Position numbers and translations under genes: made by a program. Positions 45,823-56,034 of a DNA stretch of 64,000 nt are shown in pieces; the first letter of the stretch is position 1; each line of letters starts with the position of its first letter. This stretch comes from a virus (lineage: Duplodnaviria; Caudoviricetes), in the IMG/VR virus record IMGVR_UViG_3300025163_000238, positions 67,002 through 131,001 of that record. One strand, written 5' to 3'. The notes under the pieces were generated by a model that saw only the letters and a list, made by a program, of their open reading frames with translations, did no database searches and was not told the DNA's origin.

Positions 45823-47421
45823 ATGTCAGAGTATAATATAACAAACGCAGACAGTATGGTTGGTAGGTTCCATAAATGGGCGAGGATCCTCAGCCTGTGT
45901 GAGCCCGGTGATAAAGCGAAAGTGGAAATCCTGGACGGTGGGCTTAACCCAACAGGTGAAATTTACGATAATGTTTTGTTTCATTATCATTGCACACCCA
46001 CTACCTTAGAAATAGGTGGAACGTCCGAGCACGCCGCTTCAGCGTTTGACATTGGAGATATAGTTGTATTACGGTTTGACGAAGGCACTCCCAGGATAGT
46101 CTCTAGGAAGTTTGGTTTAGCTGAATGTTCCGAAATAAGTGGCTTTCTGGAAGTAAGACGTGGTGGACTACCAACACGCTGTGTAAAGCCCGTATTCCTT
46201 CTAGGCTATTACTATGGCAACCCGCGGTTTTTACTGTACGACATCTACAACGAAAGCTTAGAGGATCGGGAGGCACAAATAGTCGCGGTGAGTCATCACG
46301 CAGCTGTAATGCATAAGGGTCTGATGTACGTTTTAGGTGGATCAACATCAAGTGGTGTAACGAGTACTTACTACGCATATAACCCCCAAACAGACATTTG
46401 GCGGATTTTGGGATTTATGCCAGGTGTACGGTTCAACCACTCAGCGGCTGTGTGGGGGAATAGTATATACGTTCTAGGTGGAACATGCCCTAACCCCAAC
46501 CCACCACCAACTTACTTGGTCAACAACACATTCTGGCGATGCAGACTTGACAATATAGCGGTAGAACATTTCACGCTTCACAACCCCATCTTCACAACTT
46601 ATCTACAACATTCTCCCATTATTCCAAGAACTTTAACCGTCAAATACACTAGAAGTGACAGAACATACACGCTTTGGGACACTGGTGAGGGGTTAAGTGA
46701 CACTCGAACTGATTCCTCAATTCAGACCTCTATAGACTTAGTTACCGCGGGGGGTTCAACGAAGCTCACTTCATATGGATGGTATTCCGATGAACGAGCA
46801 GGTGCTGGATGGGTTCGGAATTATGACAGGGAGTTTTACCTCAATTTATTCTACACCCCTAAACCGGTCGACATCGAAGTGAAATACGAGTACGCAACGT
46901 GGTCCAGCATGCCAAATGCACCTTTTTGTGTCACAGGCCACACAGCAGTAGTGATAGGGGACAAAATGTACGTGTACGGTGGTGAGCGGGAAGACGCTCC
47001 TTGTGGTGAAGGTAACCCACCAGTACGTGACAACAAACTATATTCGTTTGATTTCCTCACTAACACATGGGCTCAACTACAAGACTGCCCGTTCCACCCA
47101 AACGGTTGCGTAGGCCATATAGGACTAACTGACGGTGAGAGAATGTACATCTTCGGGGGATACGATGGTTCCAGTTGTAGAGATGAACTTCTCATGTACG
47201 ATGGAAGCTGGCACCTTATTAGCCACGGGCCTCGCGGTCTTTCAGACGCTGCTGGCGTAATTTACGGGAGTAAAATCTACATCTTCGGCGGAATCTATCA
47301 AGAAGGCGGTTCTTACTTAGTGAGTGACAAAATGTACGTCTACGACCTTGAGTCCGGTACTTGGTCTACTTATGACTTTACAGATATGTGCTATCACACA
47401 GCCGCTGTACGCGCCGCTTGA
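45823..47421 (+). CDS. Kelch-repeat beta-propeller tail protein
   Basis: Repeated H.A...G.MY[VI][LF]GG...Y.Y...W units. Confidence 0.88.
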   Translation: MSEYNITNADSMVGRFHKWARILSLCEPGDKAKVEILDGGLNPTGEIYDNVLFHYHCTPTTLEIGGTSEHAASAFDIGDIVVLRFDEGTPRIVSRKFGLAECSEISGFLEVRRGGLPTRCVKPVFLLGYYYGNPRFLLYDIYNESLEDREAQIVAVSHHAAVMHKGLMYVLGGSTSSGVTSTYYAYNPQTDIWRILGFMPGVRFNHSAAVWGNSIYVLGGTCPNPNPPPTYLVNNTFWRCRLDNIAVEHFTLHNPIFTTYLQHSPIIPRTLTVKYTRSDRTYTLWDTGEGLSDTRTDSSIQTSIDLVTAGGSTKLTSYGWYSDERAGAGWVRNYDREFYLNLFYTPKPVDIEVKYEYATWSSMPNAPFCVTGHTAVVIGDKMYVYGGEREDAPCGEGNPPVRDNKLYSFDFLTNTWAQLQDCPFHPNGCVGHIGLTDGERMYIFGGYDGSSCRDELLMYDGSWHLISHGPRGLSDAAGVIYGSKIYIFGGIYQEGGSYLVSDKMYVYDLESGTWSTYDFTDMCYHTAAVRAA

Positions 47422-47446
47422 CTATTCACTTCCTCAGAAATATGAT
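47418..47446 (+). promoter_or_regulatory. sigma70-like promoter
   Basis: TTGACT-17-TATGAT. Confidence 0.75.
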
Positions 47447-47472
47447 GGTGTGTAGCTACGGAGAGGTTGGAT

Positions 47473-48651
47473 ATGGCTTTTACTTGGTCTAGCGAAGACG
47501 CAGCAGGTGGTACTGCCTGGCCATGGCCTGGGATGACCCGTCAAGAAGCTATTAGATGCGCAGCGTTAGAGAAGCTAAGAAGGCTTAGAGAAGCCGCGAA
47601 GAGGGAGCGTCGCGGCCTTTTCCCGGAAGAAGAGCCACGCTCTGAAGAAGAAGCTGAACGCTACTTTGGACCGTCGTACTTAGGTGATTGGAATGATTTA
47701 CTACAGCAAGAGGATATACCCGCGTGGTTGGCGAGTTGGCTTTACTTAAATTACGGAGAACACCCAGAGACATACTGGTATTCGGGTGGGTCTACGGGTG
47801 ATCCAAGGAGAGCGTGTCCCCACTGTAACAGCTCAACAGAGCCTGAGCCAGAACCGGAGCCTGAACCAGAACCACCTCCTCCGCCCCCTCCTGAGCCTGA
47901 AGAAGAGGAACCGCCAACGGACCTAAACGGGTATAAACTACCTGGCTTCAGTTCGGGAGACCTTGTGCTCAATAAAGATCACTGCTTTGTGACGTGCATC
48001 GCGAGGGGGTACAACTCGAAGCTGTGTGTGCTAAAGTCACCCGATCTCTACCATTGGTCCATACATCAAGCGGACGCGCAACCATCACTAGTACGCGCTG
48101 TAACTCTCTCCCAAAATGATGTACGAGTGTATGGTAACTACGGCTCTATGCACGTAAAAGGATCTCGCTTCCATTCTGACACCAATTCGTTTGATGACCC
48201 TGGCTTTGCGCACATGCGGCGCCTGACAAGTAACGATGAGTTGGAACAAGACGCTGCGGGCGAGGTCTTTTTTAGCTCCGAAGAAGGCTATGCACGGTCC
48301 GCATCTCCAAAGGGTGGATACCATGAAATTCGTAGCGCTTCTGATGGTGTCTACTACAGACAGAAGGGAGCTTCAAGTGAAGAAAAGATCTTTGATATAA
48401 ATAACGCCCTTATATGTTGCGACTGTACACCTGCTGATGAATTGTATGTGGTCGCCTATGATCCAAGTACGAAAAAGATCCACCTTCGTGTGAAGACCAC
48501 AACTGGGTGGAGTGACGCATCAACATATACACTCTCTCAAGATGTTAACGCTATCGACGTTGCAACCAATTCAAAAGGCGAAGTGTATTTACTCACACAA
48601 ATCGAGCGAGATGAAGACGTCTTGATCAAAATCTATCAAGTTGAATTGTGA
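47473..48651 (+). CDS. Protein with (EP)n/poly-Pro linker and probable C-terminal propeller
   Basis: CPHC, then EPEPEPEPEPEPPPPPPPEP at about 47839-47915. Confidence 0.7.
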   Translation: MAFTWSSEDAAGGTAWPWPGMTRQEAIRCAALEKLRRLREAAKRERRGLFPEEEPRSEEEAERYFGPSYLGDWNDLLQQEDIPAWLASWLYLNYGEHPETYWYSGGSTGDPRRACPHCNSSTEPEPEPEPEPEPPPPPPPEPEEEEPPTDLNGYKLPGFSSGDLVLNKDHCFVTCIARGYNSKLCVLKSPDLYHWSIHQADAQPSLVRAVTLSQNDVRVYGNYGSMHVKGSRFHSDTNSFDDPGFAHMRRLTSNDELEQDAAGEVFFSSEEGYARSASPKGGYHEIRSASDGVYYRQKGASSEEKIFDINNALICCDCTPADELYVVAYDPSTKKIHLRVKTTTGWSDASTYTLSQDVNAIDVATNSKGEVYLLTQIERDEDVLIKIYQVEL

Positions 48652-48662
48652 GGTGAGACGAA

Positions 48663-51600
48663 GTGTACACCGAGATAGTTCCAAGTGACGACTTGGCTTG
48701 GGGAGGCTACTTCATTGTCAACTCATCTGCTGGGCCTGGTGGGTCAATCAACCCCAGTGGTTCGTTCTCTGTCCCAGCAGGATCAGAAGTCACATTCACT
48801 CTAACACCAGATCCTGGCTACGCAGTTAAGAGCCTCCAAGTCAACGGTGTGGTAGTAAGCAGAAAACAAACCTATACATTGACTGTTTACCAAGATTCAG
48901 AAGTCGTCGCAACATTTGCCCCCCTTCCCGTGATTTCGGCTTCCGCGGGTGATCACGGCACTATCATTCCTAAAGGAGACATAATTGTACCTCTTTATTC
49001 AGACGCGATGTTCTGGATCATCCCCGAGCCTAACTACAGAATCCAAGAGGTCACAGTTGATGGAGAGACTATAGGTGCAGTGGGTTTTTATGTTTTTGAG
49101 GGTGTGACAACAGATCACACAATCCATGCTGAATTTACTGTTGGTGCTGGTACACACACCATAACCGCAACTGCTGGCACACATGGTTACATTGTGCCAA
49201 GCGGGGTTATAGAAGTAACAGATGGTCAATCAATCAGCTTCGATATATGGCCTGATGATGGGTACCATATAGATTATGTTTTAGTTGACGGGGTGTCCGT
49301 TGGGGCATGCTCAACATATACATTCACAAACGTAACATCGGATCATACCATTCACGTCGAGTTCGCTGAAGAGGGTACATACACTATAACCGCAACTGCT
49401 GGCACACACGGTGTTATCATACCTTCAGGTGTTGTAACCGTTAAGGCGAACTCAAACATTAGCTTCTCCATTGCCCCTGATGAGGACTACTGTGTCAGTA
49501 ACATAGTAGTTGATGGAGTAAGTGTAGGGGCCGCACAAGCGTATAGCTTCATAAATGTAACATCAGATCACACAATCCATGCCGAGTTTACTCTGTGCGT
49601 ACCTGGTGAGACAGTCATAGAAGACCTACGGGTCTATCCTGGTAACCTTGTGAGGTGGGAAACAGGACAACTATGGTGTGTTGCTGTTCATGAACAGGAT
49701 GACAGAACCCCAAAGCTAATTTTAGCTACATCAACAGACAATGGGCATAGTTGGACTCACGTTCCATTATCCGCAGCTATAGAAGGAGAACAGTTCAGGC
49801 CTGACATAGCCATTGACTCACAAGGAACCCTCCATCTTGTTTGGGAGAACAGGGGAAGTGGCGCTAATCCAGAATACTCCAACATCCAATACATCTCAAG
49901 GACCTTAAGTGGTGAGTGGTCAACGCTCGAATGGCTGTCGAGTGAGCTATTTGATCAAGACCACCCACATATCGCGGTTGACGCAAATGACGCTGTTCAT
50001 GTTATATGGACGGGGAAAACCACAGATTACCCCGATAAGAAAGTAATTCAACACCGGGTGCTAGTTGGAGGAACATGGAGCACAACTGAGGTTATTTACC
50101 ACGACGATACTTATGACGGACTCACCCCAGATCTCGCAATTTCTGGCTTAACTGTTTTAGCCACATGGGTTGCTGGTATAGATAACCAACGGTTGTTGTA
50201 TGCACGTAAGTACACCGATAGTTGGGGTGAAGCTACTCAGATTACTGGCAAAGGGTACGCTTATGACCCTGACGTAATGTATGGTGCTGATGGTGCCACA
50301 GTAGGCATCGTGTGCGTTGACAGTGAGACTTCAGCATACCATGTCTACAAGTCATTAAATTTAAACCCACTCGTCCGGGTAGACGCGCCTGCAGCGGATG
50401 AATATACAAATGCTTGGCCTTCTCTTTCAATAGGTATAAGTTATGGCTGTCATATTTTCTGGGCAGGTAAAGGTTGGGGTGCTCATCCAGATAGCTACAA
50501 CATAATTCATGGGATTGATGGAGTCACTGCCCCTATCACGAATGATATGTATTCGAGTTATGGGCCAAACCCTTTGTGTAAAGACGCCCCGATTGTTAAT
50601 TCAGCTCGAGTTGACCGCCCCTTACAAGGGTTCGCGCTCGTGTGGGTTTACAACCAAACTGAGCTAAGGTATTACCAAAGTCCAGATTTGAGGTGGGAAC
50701 ACCCTGTAGGATACTACGAAATAATTGCAACTTCTGAGGGTGGTGGTGACGTAATCCCACCCGGTGCTAGTTATGTTGCAGAAGGGGGCTCACTAACCTA
50801 CTCCATTGTACCCCACCCACACCACAAGATCGATGATGTACAAGTTGACAGCACGTCCGTTGGGATAACTACGTGCTACACTTTCGCAGGCGTTACACAG
50901 GATCATACTATTCACGCCAAATTTAGCCCCATTTACCACACAATCCTTGCAACCGCAGGTGAGCACGGGTCCATAAACCCAATGACCGTATTCCTGACAG
51001 GTATGGTTATAGGCTCCTACGGCACTGGTAACGATCAATTCAAGTATCCACGTGACATCACTTGCGATGACACTTATATCTACGTTGCTGACGAATCCAA
51101 TCACCGTGTGGTCAAAAGGTTAAAGTCTGATTTAAGCTTCGTAGCCGCAGTTGGAACTCAAGGGTCTGGTAATGATCAGTTTGATACGCCACGTGGTATC
51201 GCTTGTGATGACACTTATATTTACATTACTGATACTTACAATCAACGTGTGGTTAAAAGACTTAAATCAGACCTAAGCTATGTATCACAAGTAGGTTCCT
51301 ACGGCTCTGGCAATGATCAATTTGCTGACCCAGAAGGGATAGCTTGTGATGACACTTATATTTACATTACTGATACTTACAATCACCGTGTGGTCAAAAG
51401 GTTAAAGTCTGATTTAAGCTTCGTAGCCGCAATCGGGTCTTCGGGTTCAGGGGACGACCAATTCTACGAACCGCGCGGAATAGCTTGTGACGACACTTAT
51501 ATCTACATCACCGATTACGGCAATTGTCGTGTGGTTAAAAGACTTAAATCAGACCTAAGCTATGTATCACAAGTAGGTTCCTACGGCTCTGGCAATGATC

Positions 51601-53810
51601 AATTTGGTAACCCAAAGGGAATAGCTTGTGATGACACTTATATTTACATTACTGACACTGGAAACAATCGGGTGGTCATAAGGAAAAAATCCGACTTAAG
51701 TTATGTATCACAAATTACCTCTTACGATGATGACAAACAGTTTGATAGCCCACAAGGCGTGGCTTGTGACGACCTCTACCTTTACATTGACGACACTAAT
51801 AACTGCTGTGTGGTTAAAGAGCCAAAGTCGGACGAACCAATCTCAGAAGTAAAAGTAATAGACGGAGCGTGTATTTCGTTTGACATCATGCCCGATGAAG
51901 GATATCAGATTGACTACCTTTTAGTTGACGGAGTAACTATTGCACCAACTCCTACTTACATGTTCGAAAACGTAACGTCCGATCACACTATTCACGCCGA
52001 GTTCACCGAAGGTGGCCCGTACACAATTACCGCAACCGCTGGTACACATGGTATCATCGTACCTAGCGGGACTGTCACAGTCGCCGCAAACGCGAGTGCG
52101 TCCTTCCAAATGGTCCCAGAATTCGGCTACTGTGTGAGTCAAGTACTCGTAGATGGAAACGATGTTGAACCCACGCTGAATTACACATTTCACAATGTTC
52201 TTGCAAATCATACAATTCATGTTAACTTTGATAAAGGTACGCTTCCGATCCCTATAGTGATCGACAAAGAAGCAGCTTTCGGCCGGTTCTACTCGGCGCG
52301 TTCTTCATCAGGCGTCCTATGGGTGACCTACACCAAACGAGTAGACAACGTCAACCAGATTTTCGTGGCACAATCTTACGATCGTGGAGCTACTTGGTCA
52401 GTAGAAGCCATAACTGACTCATCATACGATCAAACAGACCCTGTTATGGTAATCGACTCCAGCGACATTGTATATGTTGTTTGGCGAGGTAAAGGTTGGG
52501 GGAACAACCCTGACAAATTCAACTTAGTTTGCCGAAGGAACGTACGGGGTGTTTGGGAAGACGCCATAGCTTTAACAGACATGCCGCATAATCAATGGGA
52601 TCCTAATATTTCACTCGATGGTGACGATAGAGTGTTTGTGGTTTGGAGTGGTAAGGGATATGGCACACATTCAACCACCTCAAACATCTACATGATAACA
52701 TATAGTGAGGGCTCCTGGAGTGATGTTGAATTAGTCACTGACGTGAGTCATTTTCAAGACAACCCACAAATAACAGTGGATCCTAATGGAAATGTATACG
52801 TGGTGTGGTCTGGGTATGGTTGGGGGGCATATCCCAACGACCTCAACGTGAAGCTACGAATTAAAAACAAGGACACTGGTTGGGGTAGTGTCCTAAACGT
52901 TACAGATGATGAAGGTTATTGGTTCGGTAGCAGTATAGTGTCAGACCTTGCAGGCACTGTTCACCTAGCGTGGTATGGCGGTTCCAGTGACTTCAACATT
53001 TACTACCGCACGTACTCAAAAGCATCTGGATTGAGCACTGTGGAAGCCGTTACTAGTAAAGAAGCGGGTGCACCACAGGTTGACCCCACATTAGGTGTAG
53101 ACGCAGATAATAAAGTCTACCTCTTCTGGACGGGTCTGGGTTGGCCTGCGTGTGATTTTGCGTACAACTTGCGGAGTAAGGTGAAGTTGGGGGGCACGTG
53201 GTCTGATTTCCTGACCACAGATCTAATGAGTAATCAACGTAAGCCGCATCTTTTGTCAAACGTGTTCCCTACTGTAAGAAACGCTAAGACAAACTTCCCA
53301 AAGACAGGATTATTTATAACTTGGTATGGTAGCTTAAATGGATATAATGGGGCTACGTGGGATGAACCTGAACTCGAATTAGATCACCTCCACATTCAAG
53401 ACGCTAGTACAAGGAAACCTAAGCCCGTGACAGGAATCACAGAAATTGACGAAGAATATGTCCAAACAGTCGCTCTTCAATTTTATCCTCTTCGCTACCT
53501 GCTTAAGGGTGCGAACTTATCCGCGGGTCAAAAATCTGAGTTTATAACAACAACACGTATGAATTACGGTTTAATCACTCTAGCATTTTCAGATGCTGGC
53601 GCGTCGGCGAGCATCCGCTTAGTACGGCGTGACCAAAGTGGAGTTGAGTCCTATTCAGACTTGATTACCATAAGCGCTCTTAATATTACATCTGGTGGTA
53701 AGTACAAGGGAGTAGAAAGAGTAGAAAAGCTTTATGGTGCACACTCAATCGCGGTTTATGTAGAGTCAATAACGTCTGGCACTGTGGATGTTTGGTTAGC
53801 TGCTGCGTAG
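48663..53810 (+). CDS. Giant modular adhesin/tail fibre: InlB-B-like repeats, two BNR-like propellers and an NHL propeller
   Basis: About seven ITATAG.HG.I.PSG...YTF.NVT.DHTIHAEF units; six F..P.GIACDDTYIYITD..N.RVVKR repeats; DS....HLVW repeats. Confidence 0.85.
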   Translation: MYTEIVPSDDLAWGGYFIVNSSAGPGGSINPSGSFSVPAGSEVTFTLTPDPGYAVKSLQVNGVVVSRKQTYTLTVYQDSEVVATFAPLPVISASAGDHGTIIPKGDIIVPLYSDAMFWIIPEPNYRIQEVTVDGETIGAVGFYVFEGVTTDHTIHAEFTVGAGTHTITATAGTHGYIVPSGVIEVTDGQSISFDIWPDDGYHIDYVLVDGVSVGACSTYTFTNVTSDHTIHVEFAEEGTYTITATAGTHGVIIPSGVVTVKANSNISFSIAPDEDYCVSNIVVDGVSVGAAQAYSFINVTSDHTIHAEFTLCVPGETVIEDLRVYPGNLVRWETGQLWCVAVHEQDDRTPKLILATSTDNGHSWTHVPLSAAIEGEQFRPDIAIDSQGTLHLVWENRGSGANPEYSNIQYISRTLSGEWSTLEWLSSELFDQDHPHIAVDANDAVHVIWTGKTTDYPDKKVIQHRVLVGGTWSTTEVIYHDDTYDGLTPDLAISGLTVLATWVAGIDNQRLLYARKYTDSWGEATQITGKGYAYDPDVMYGADGATVGIVCVDSETSAYHVYKSLNLNPLVRVDAPAADEYTNAWPSLSIGISYGCHIFWAGKGWGAHPDSYNIIHGIDGVTAPITNDMYSSYGPNPLCKDAPIVNSARVDRPLQGFALVWVYNQTELRYYQSPDLRWEHPVGYYEIIATSEGGGDVIPPGASYVAEGGSLTYSIVPHPHHKIDDVQVDSTSVGITTCYTFAGVTQDHTIHAKFSPIYHTILATAGEHGSINPMTVFLTGMVIGSYGTGNDQFKYPRDITCDDTYIYVADESNHRVVKRLKSDLSFVAAVGTQGSGNDQFDTPRGIACDDTYIYITDTYNQRVVKRLKSDLSYVSQVGSYGSGNDQFADPEGIACDDTYIYITDTYNHRVVKRLKSDLSFVAAIGSSGSGDDQFYEPRGIACDDTYIYITDYGNCRVVKRLKSDLSYVSQVGSYGSGNDQFGNPKGIACDDTYIYITDTGNNRVVIRKKSDLSYVSQITSYDDDKQFDSPQGVACDDLYLYIDDTNNCCVVKEPKSDEPISEVKVIDGACISFDIMPDEGYQIDYLLVDGVTIAPTPTYMFENVTSDHTIHAEFTEGGPYTITATAGTHGIIVPSGTVTVAANASASFQMVPEFGYCVSQVLVDGNDVEPTLNYTFHNVLANHTIHVNFDKGTLPIPIVIDKEAAFGRFYSARSSSGVLWVTYTKRVDNVNQIFVAQSYDRGATWSVEAITDSSYDQTDPVMVIDSSDIVYVVWRGKGWGNNPDKFNLVCRRNVRGVWEDAIALTDMPHNQWDPNISLDGDDRVFVVWSGKGYGTHSTTSNIYMITYSEGSWSDVELVTDVSHFQDNPQITVDPNGNVYVVWSGYGWGAYPNDLNVKLRIKNKDTGWGSVLNVTDDEGYWFGSSIVSDLAGTVHLAWYGGSSDFNIYYRTYSKASGLSTVEAVTSKEAGAPQVDPTLGVDADNKVYLFWTGLGWPACDFAYNLRSKVKLGGTWSDFLTTDLMSNQRKPHLLSNVFPTVRNAKTNFPKTGLFITWYGSLNGYNGATWDEPELELDHLHIQDASTRKPKPVTGITEIDEEYVQTVALQFYPLRYLLKGANLSAGQKSEFITTTRMNYGLITLAFSDAGASASIRLVRRDQSGVESYSDLITISALNITSGGKYKGVERVEKLYGAHSIAVYVESITSGTVDVWLAAA
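51000..51820 (+). repeat. Six 47-aa NHL repeats
   Basis: 141-bp period with long stretches of exact DNA identity between alternate copies. Confidence 0.9.
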
Positions 53811-53820
53811 GAGGAAGTAC

Positions 53821-54606
53821 ATGAAATTAAAGCTAAAAGAAAGTATTACTGTAGAAAAAGGCGCGGTATACCAGCCTGGGAACCTAATTTATGGTACCTC
53901 CACTACTAGCGGTGCAAACGAAATCCGTAGATGTAAAGGCTTTTCCTCCACTGTGACTGATCTTGTCACTTCCATTGAACAAGTGTATGGACTTGGCTGG
54001 GATGGAGAGCACCTTCTTAACTACGTCCATATATACGGTTGGGTCGAGAAGCGACAAGGTTTTTCGTCAACTATTATCGACACTATCACTCCTGCACACA
54101 GTGGGTACGACATCACATGGGGAGATGGCAACTTATATACAGCAACAAGTGATGAGATTTGGAAGTACAAAGGCTTTTCTGGTGAAGCAGATAGATGTAT
54201 TTATAGTGGAAGTGGTGTGTATGGCCTTGCTTTTGATGGGAAAAACCTCTATAGTACCTGCTCCGTGAGTGGAGTGACTAAAATCAACAAACATAAAGGG
54301 TGTACTGGCACGATAACTGACAGTTTTGACTACCCCTACACGATGCCTCACGGGCTCGCTTGGGATGGGGAAAACATTTGCATCTCCGACCACTTTGAAC
54401 TGTTGATCAGCCAGCAAGAAGGGTTTTCGGCTACTACAAAGTATGCTTTTCACGTTTCAGGCGTCGGCTACGTGGGTGGGCTGGCTTGGGAGTACTTCAT
54501 GGGTGCACCCCGTGCGAGATTTATCTCTAGACTATTCCCCGTGCAAGATGGCGCGAGGTGTAGTTATCCTAGATCTGGATACTGTGTGATAATTAGTCTT
54601 GACTAG
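53821..54606 (+). CDS. Beta-propeller repeat protein
   Basis: Repeats GFS.T...GL[AG]WDG.NL. Confidence 0.7.
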   Translation: MKLKLKESITVEKGAVYQPGNLIYGTSTTSGANEIRRCKGFSSTVTDLVTSIEQVYGLGWDGEHLLNYVHIYGWVEKRQGFSSTIIDTITPAHSGYDITWGDGNLYTATSDEIWKYKGFSGEADRCIYSGSGVYGLAFDGKNLYSTCSVSGVTKINKHKGCTGTITDSFDYPYTMPHGLAWDGENICISDHFELLISQQEGFSATTKYAFHVSGVGYVGGLAWEYFMGAPRARFISRLFPVQDGARCSYPRSGYCVIISLD

Positions 54607-54617
54607 GAGGTAATTAA

Positions 54618-55073
54618 ATGAAGTTTTTATTGGTCAAAATCAAAAGAACACAAATACCGGGCGGGAGGCATTACGATTATCCTGCGGAATACAACGCCCA
54701 TAAAGTGTGGTTTGGACCTGTTTACGAAAGCACACTACCCGAAAACGAGAAGAAGATACTGGCACGTGGAGGCAAAGACGAATACTGCCTTATTGGGGTG
54801 AAAGACGAGGACGCTCCTAGCTTCCTAAAGAGTGGTGATATCACTGAAGTCACAGAAGAAGAAGCAAGAAAAATCGGAAACAAATGGACGAAACAGTTTG
54901 TTACTGTAGTGGACGCTAGAAAGGTTATGATGATAACCGCAAAAGCAGCGCTTGGGAAAACCCTAACGAAAGCAGAAAAAAACGCACTAGACCCAGACAA
55001 GCCTGAGATAGGGATCAACAAAACGAAATCCTTTGATGAGGTGCTCGATGAGTTCCTAGCCTCAGCTAAGTAA
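54618..55073 (+). CDS. Hypothetical protein (possible fibre assembly chaperone)
   Basis: AGGAGG SD; follows the fibre genes; function inferred from position only. Confidence 0.7.
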   Translation: MKFLLVKIKRTQIPGGRHYDYPAEYNAHKVWFGPVYESTLPENEKKILARGGKDEYCLIGVKDEDAPSFLKSGDITEVTEEEARKIGNKWTKQFVTVVDARKVMMITAKAALGKTLTKAEKNALDPDKPEIGINKTKSFDEVLDEFLASAK

Positions 55074-55074
55074 G

Positions 55075-55230
55075 ATGAACAGAAAGGCTATCAAACCACC
55101 CCTAAAACTACCTCCACCCCGTGTTGTCAGACCTGAGGTTAAGGAAGTGAAGCAGTTGAAGGGGGAAACGCCTCAAACACCTTTAGGAGGTATTATTTAC
55201 AAAACACCGCAAGAAAGGAGCGGTCTCTAG
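55075..55230 (+). CDS. Possible 51-aa Pro-rich protein
   Basis: Own translation MNRKAIKPPLKLPPPR...; starts 1 nt after the upstream stop. Confidence 0.35.
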   Translation: MNRKAIKPPLKLPPPRVVRPEVKEVKQLKGETPQTPLGGIIYKTPQERSGL

Positions 55231-55651
55231 TCTCACTGTGGCATAAATAAATGTTGGCACCACGAAGCTTGAAGTCTTCGGGTGTCCAAAGTAAGACACC
55301 CCTCCCATACCACTCCAAGAGGGATAGTATGATCACCAAGCGGCGTGCTTTCGCTCGAATCATTTCAAGCACAGTAGCACCAGTTTGTTTATCGTACTCC
55401 CAGCTATGATGGAAGATTACATCATACTTTGACTTAAAAACTTGTCTCAAGATGTCGCCGTCATAAATGGTGTTATAGAGGCGTGCGTAATCGATTGAAT
55501 AGGGTGTAACACAATCAAGGTGTATGTTAGGGAAGTAGGTACGGATACAGTACCCAATAAGTGCATTTTCGTTGTGCACCTCCAAAACGGATTTAGGAGG
55601 ATTCTTCGTTAAAAGCGTAATCAAGGTAGTCAGAACTTGTGGGTTAATCAT
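55193..55651 (-). CDS. Degenerate class I SAM methyltransferase-like protein
   Basis: PKSVLEV (motif I lacking glycines), GDI, KYDVIF, WTPEDF. Confidence 0.5.
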   Translation of the reverse strand: MINPQVLTTLITLLTKNPPKSVLEVHNENALIGYCIRTYFPNIHLDCVTPYSIDYARLYNTIYDGDILRQVFKSKYDVIFHHSWEYDKQTGATVLEMIRAKARRLVIILSLLEWYGRGVLLWTPEDFKLRGANIYLCHSETRDRSFLAVFCK

Positions 55652-55935
55652 CTCCGACTACACTCTAAACTCTCCTTTATTAGCCGCTTTGGTAACGTTA
55701 AATCCAAACTATCTCTCATGTGATGGCAGAAACCAATCTCAAACAGCTTTTCCACAATAAGTTTATGACGTTTCGCGACTAATTCTTTAGTCACCTTCTC
55801 CCCTGACTTCAGTTTCATTCTTCTGCCTTTCTTTAACATAGACCACCACGCATGACAAATCCTATGATCGTCAAGTAACTGCTTTTTCCGCAAGACAGAC
55901 AGCTTCTTCAGCTTTAAAAGCTTTGAGAGCGGCAT
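55648..55935 (-). CDS. Small basic His-rich helical protein
   Basis: QLLDDHRICHAWW...RHKLIVEKL...HH..DSLD. Confidence 0.7.
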   Translation of the reverse strand: MPLSKLLKLKKLSVLRKKQLLDDHRICHAWWSMLKKGRRMKLKSGEKVTKELVAKRHKLIVEKLFEIGFCHHMRDSLDLTLPKRLIKESLECSRR

Positions 55936-55942
55936 CCCTTAC

Positions 55943-55971
55943 ATAATACCTACTAGTTCACTCGGCGTCAA
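55943..55971 (-). promoter_or_regulatory. sigma70-like promoter
   Basis: TTGACG-17-TATTAT; a divergent TTGAAA-17-TATGGA lies at 55987-56015. Confidence 0.7.
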
Positions 55972-56034
55972 GTAACCCTCTGCAGCTTGAAATAGTTTCA
56001 GCAAAACGTTATGGAGCAATTAAGGGGGGTGAAA

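Noticed and set aside
47751-47972. Gly/Ser-rich minus-strand ORF
   Set aside because: Antisense of the (EP)n/poly-Pro linker.
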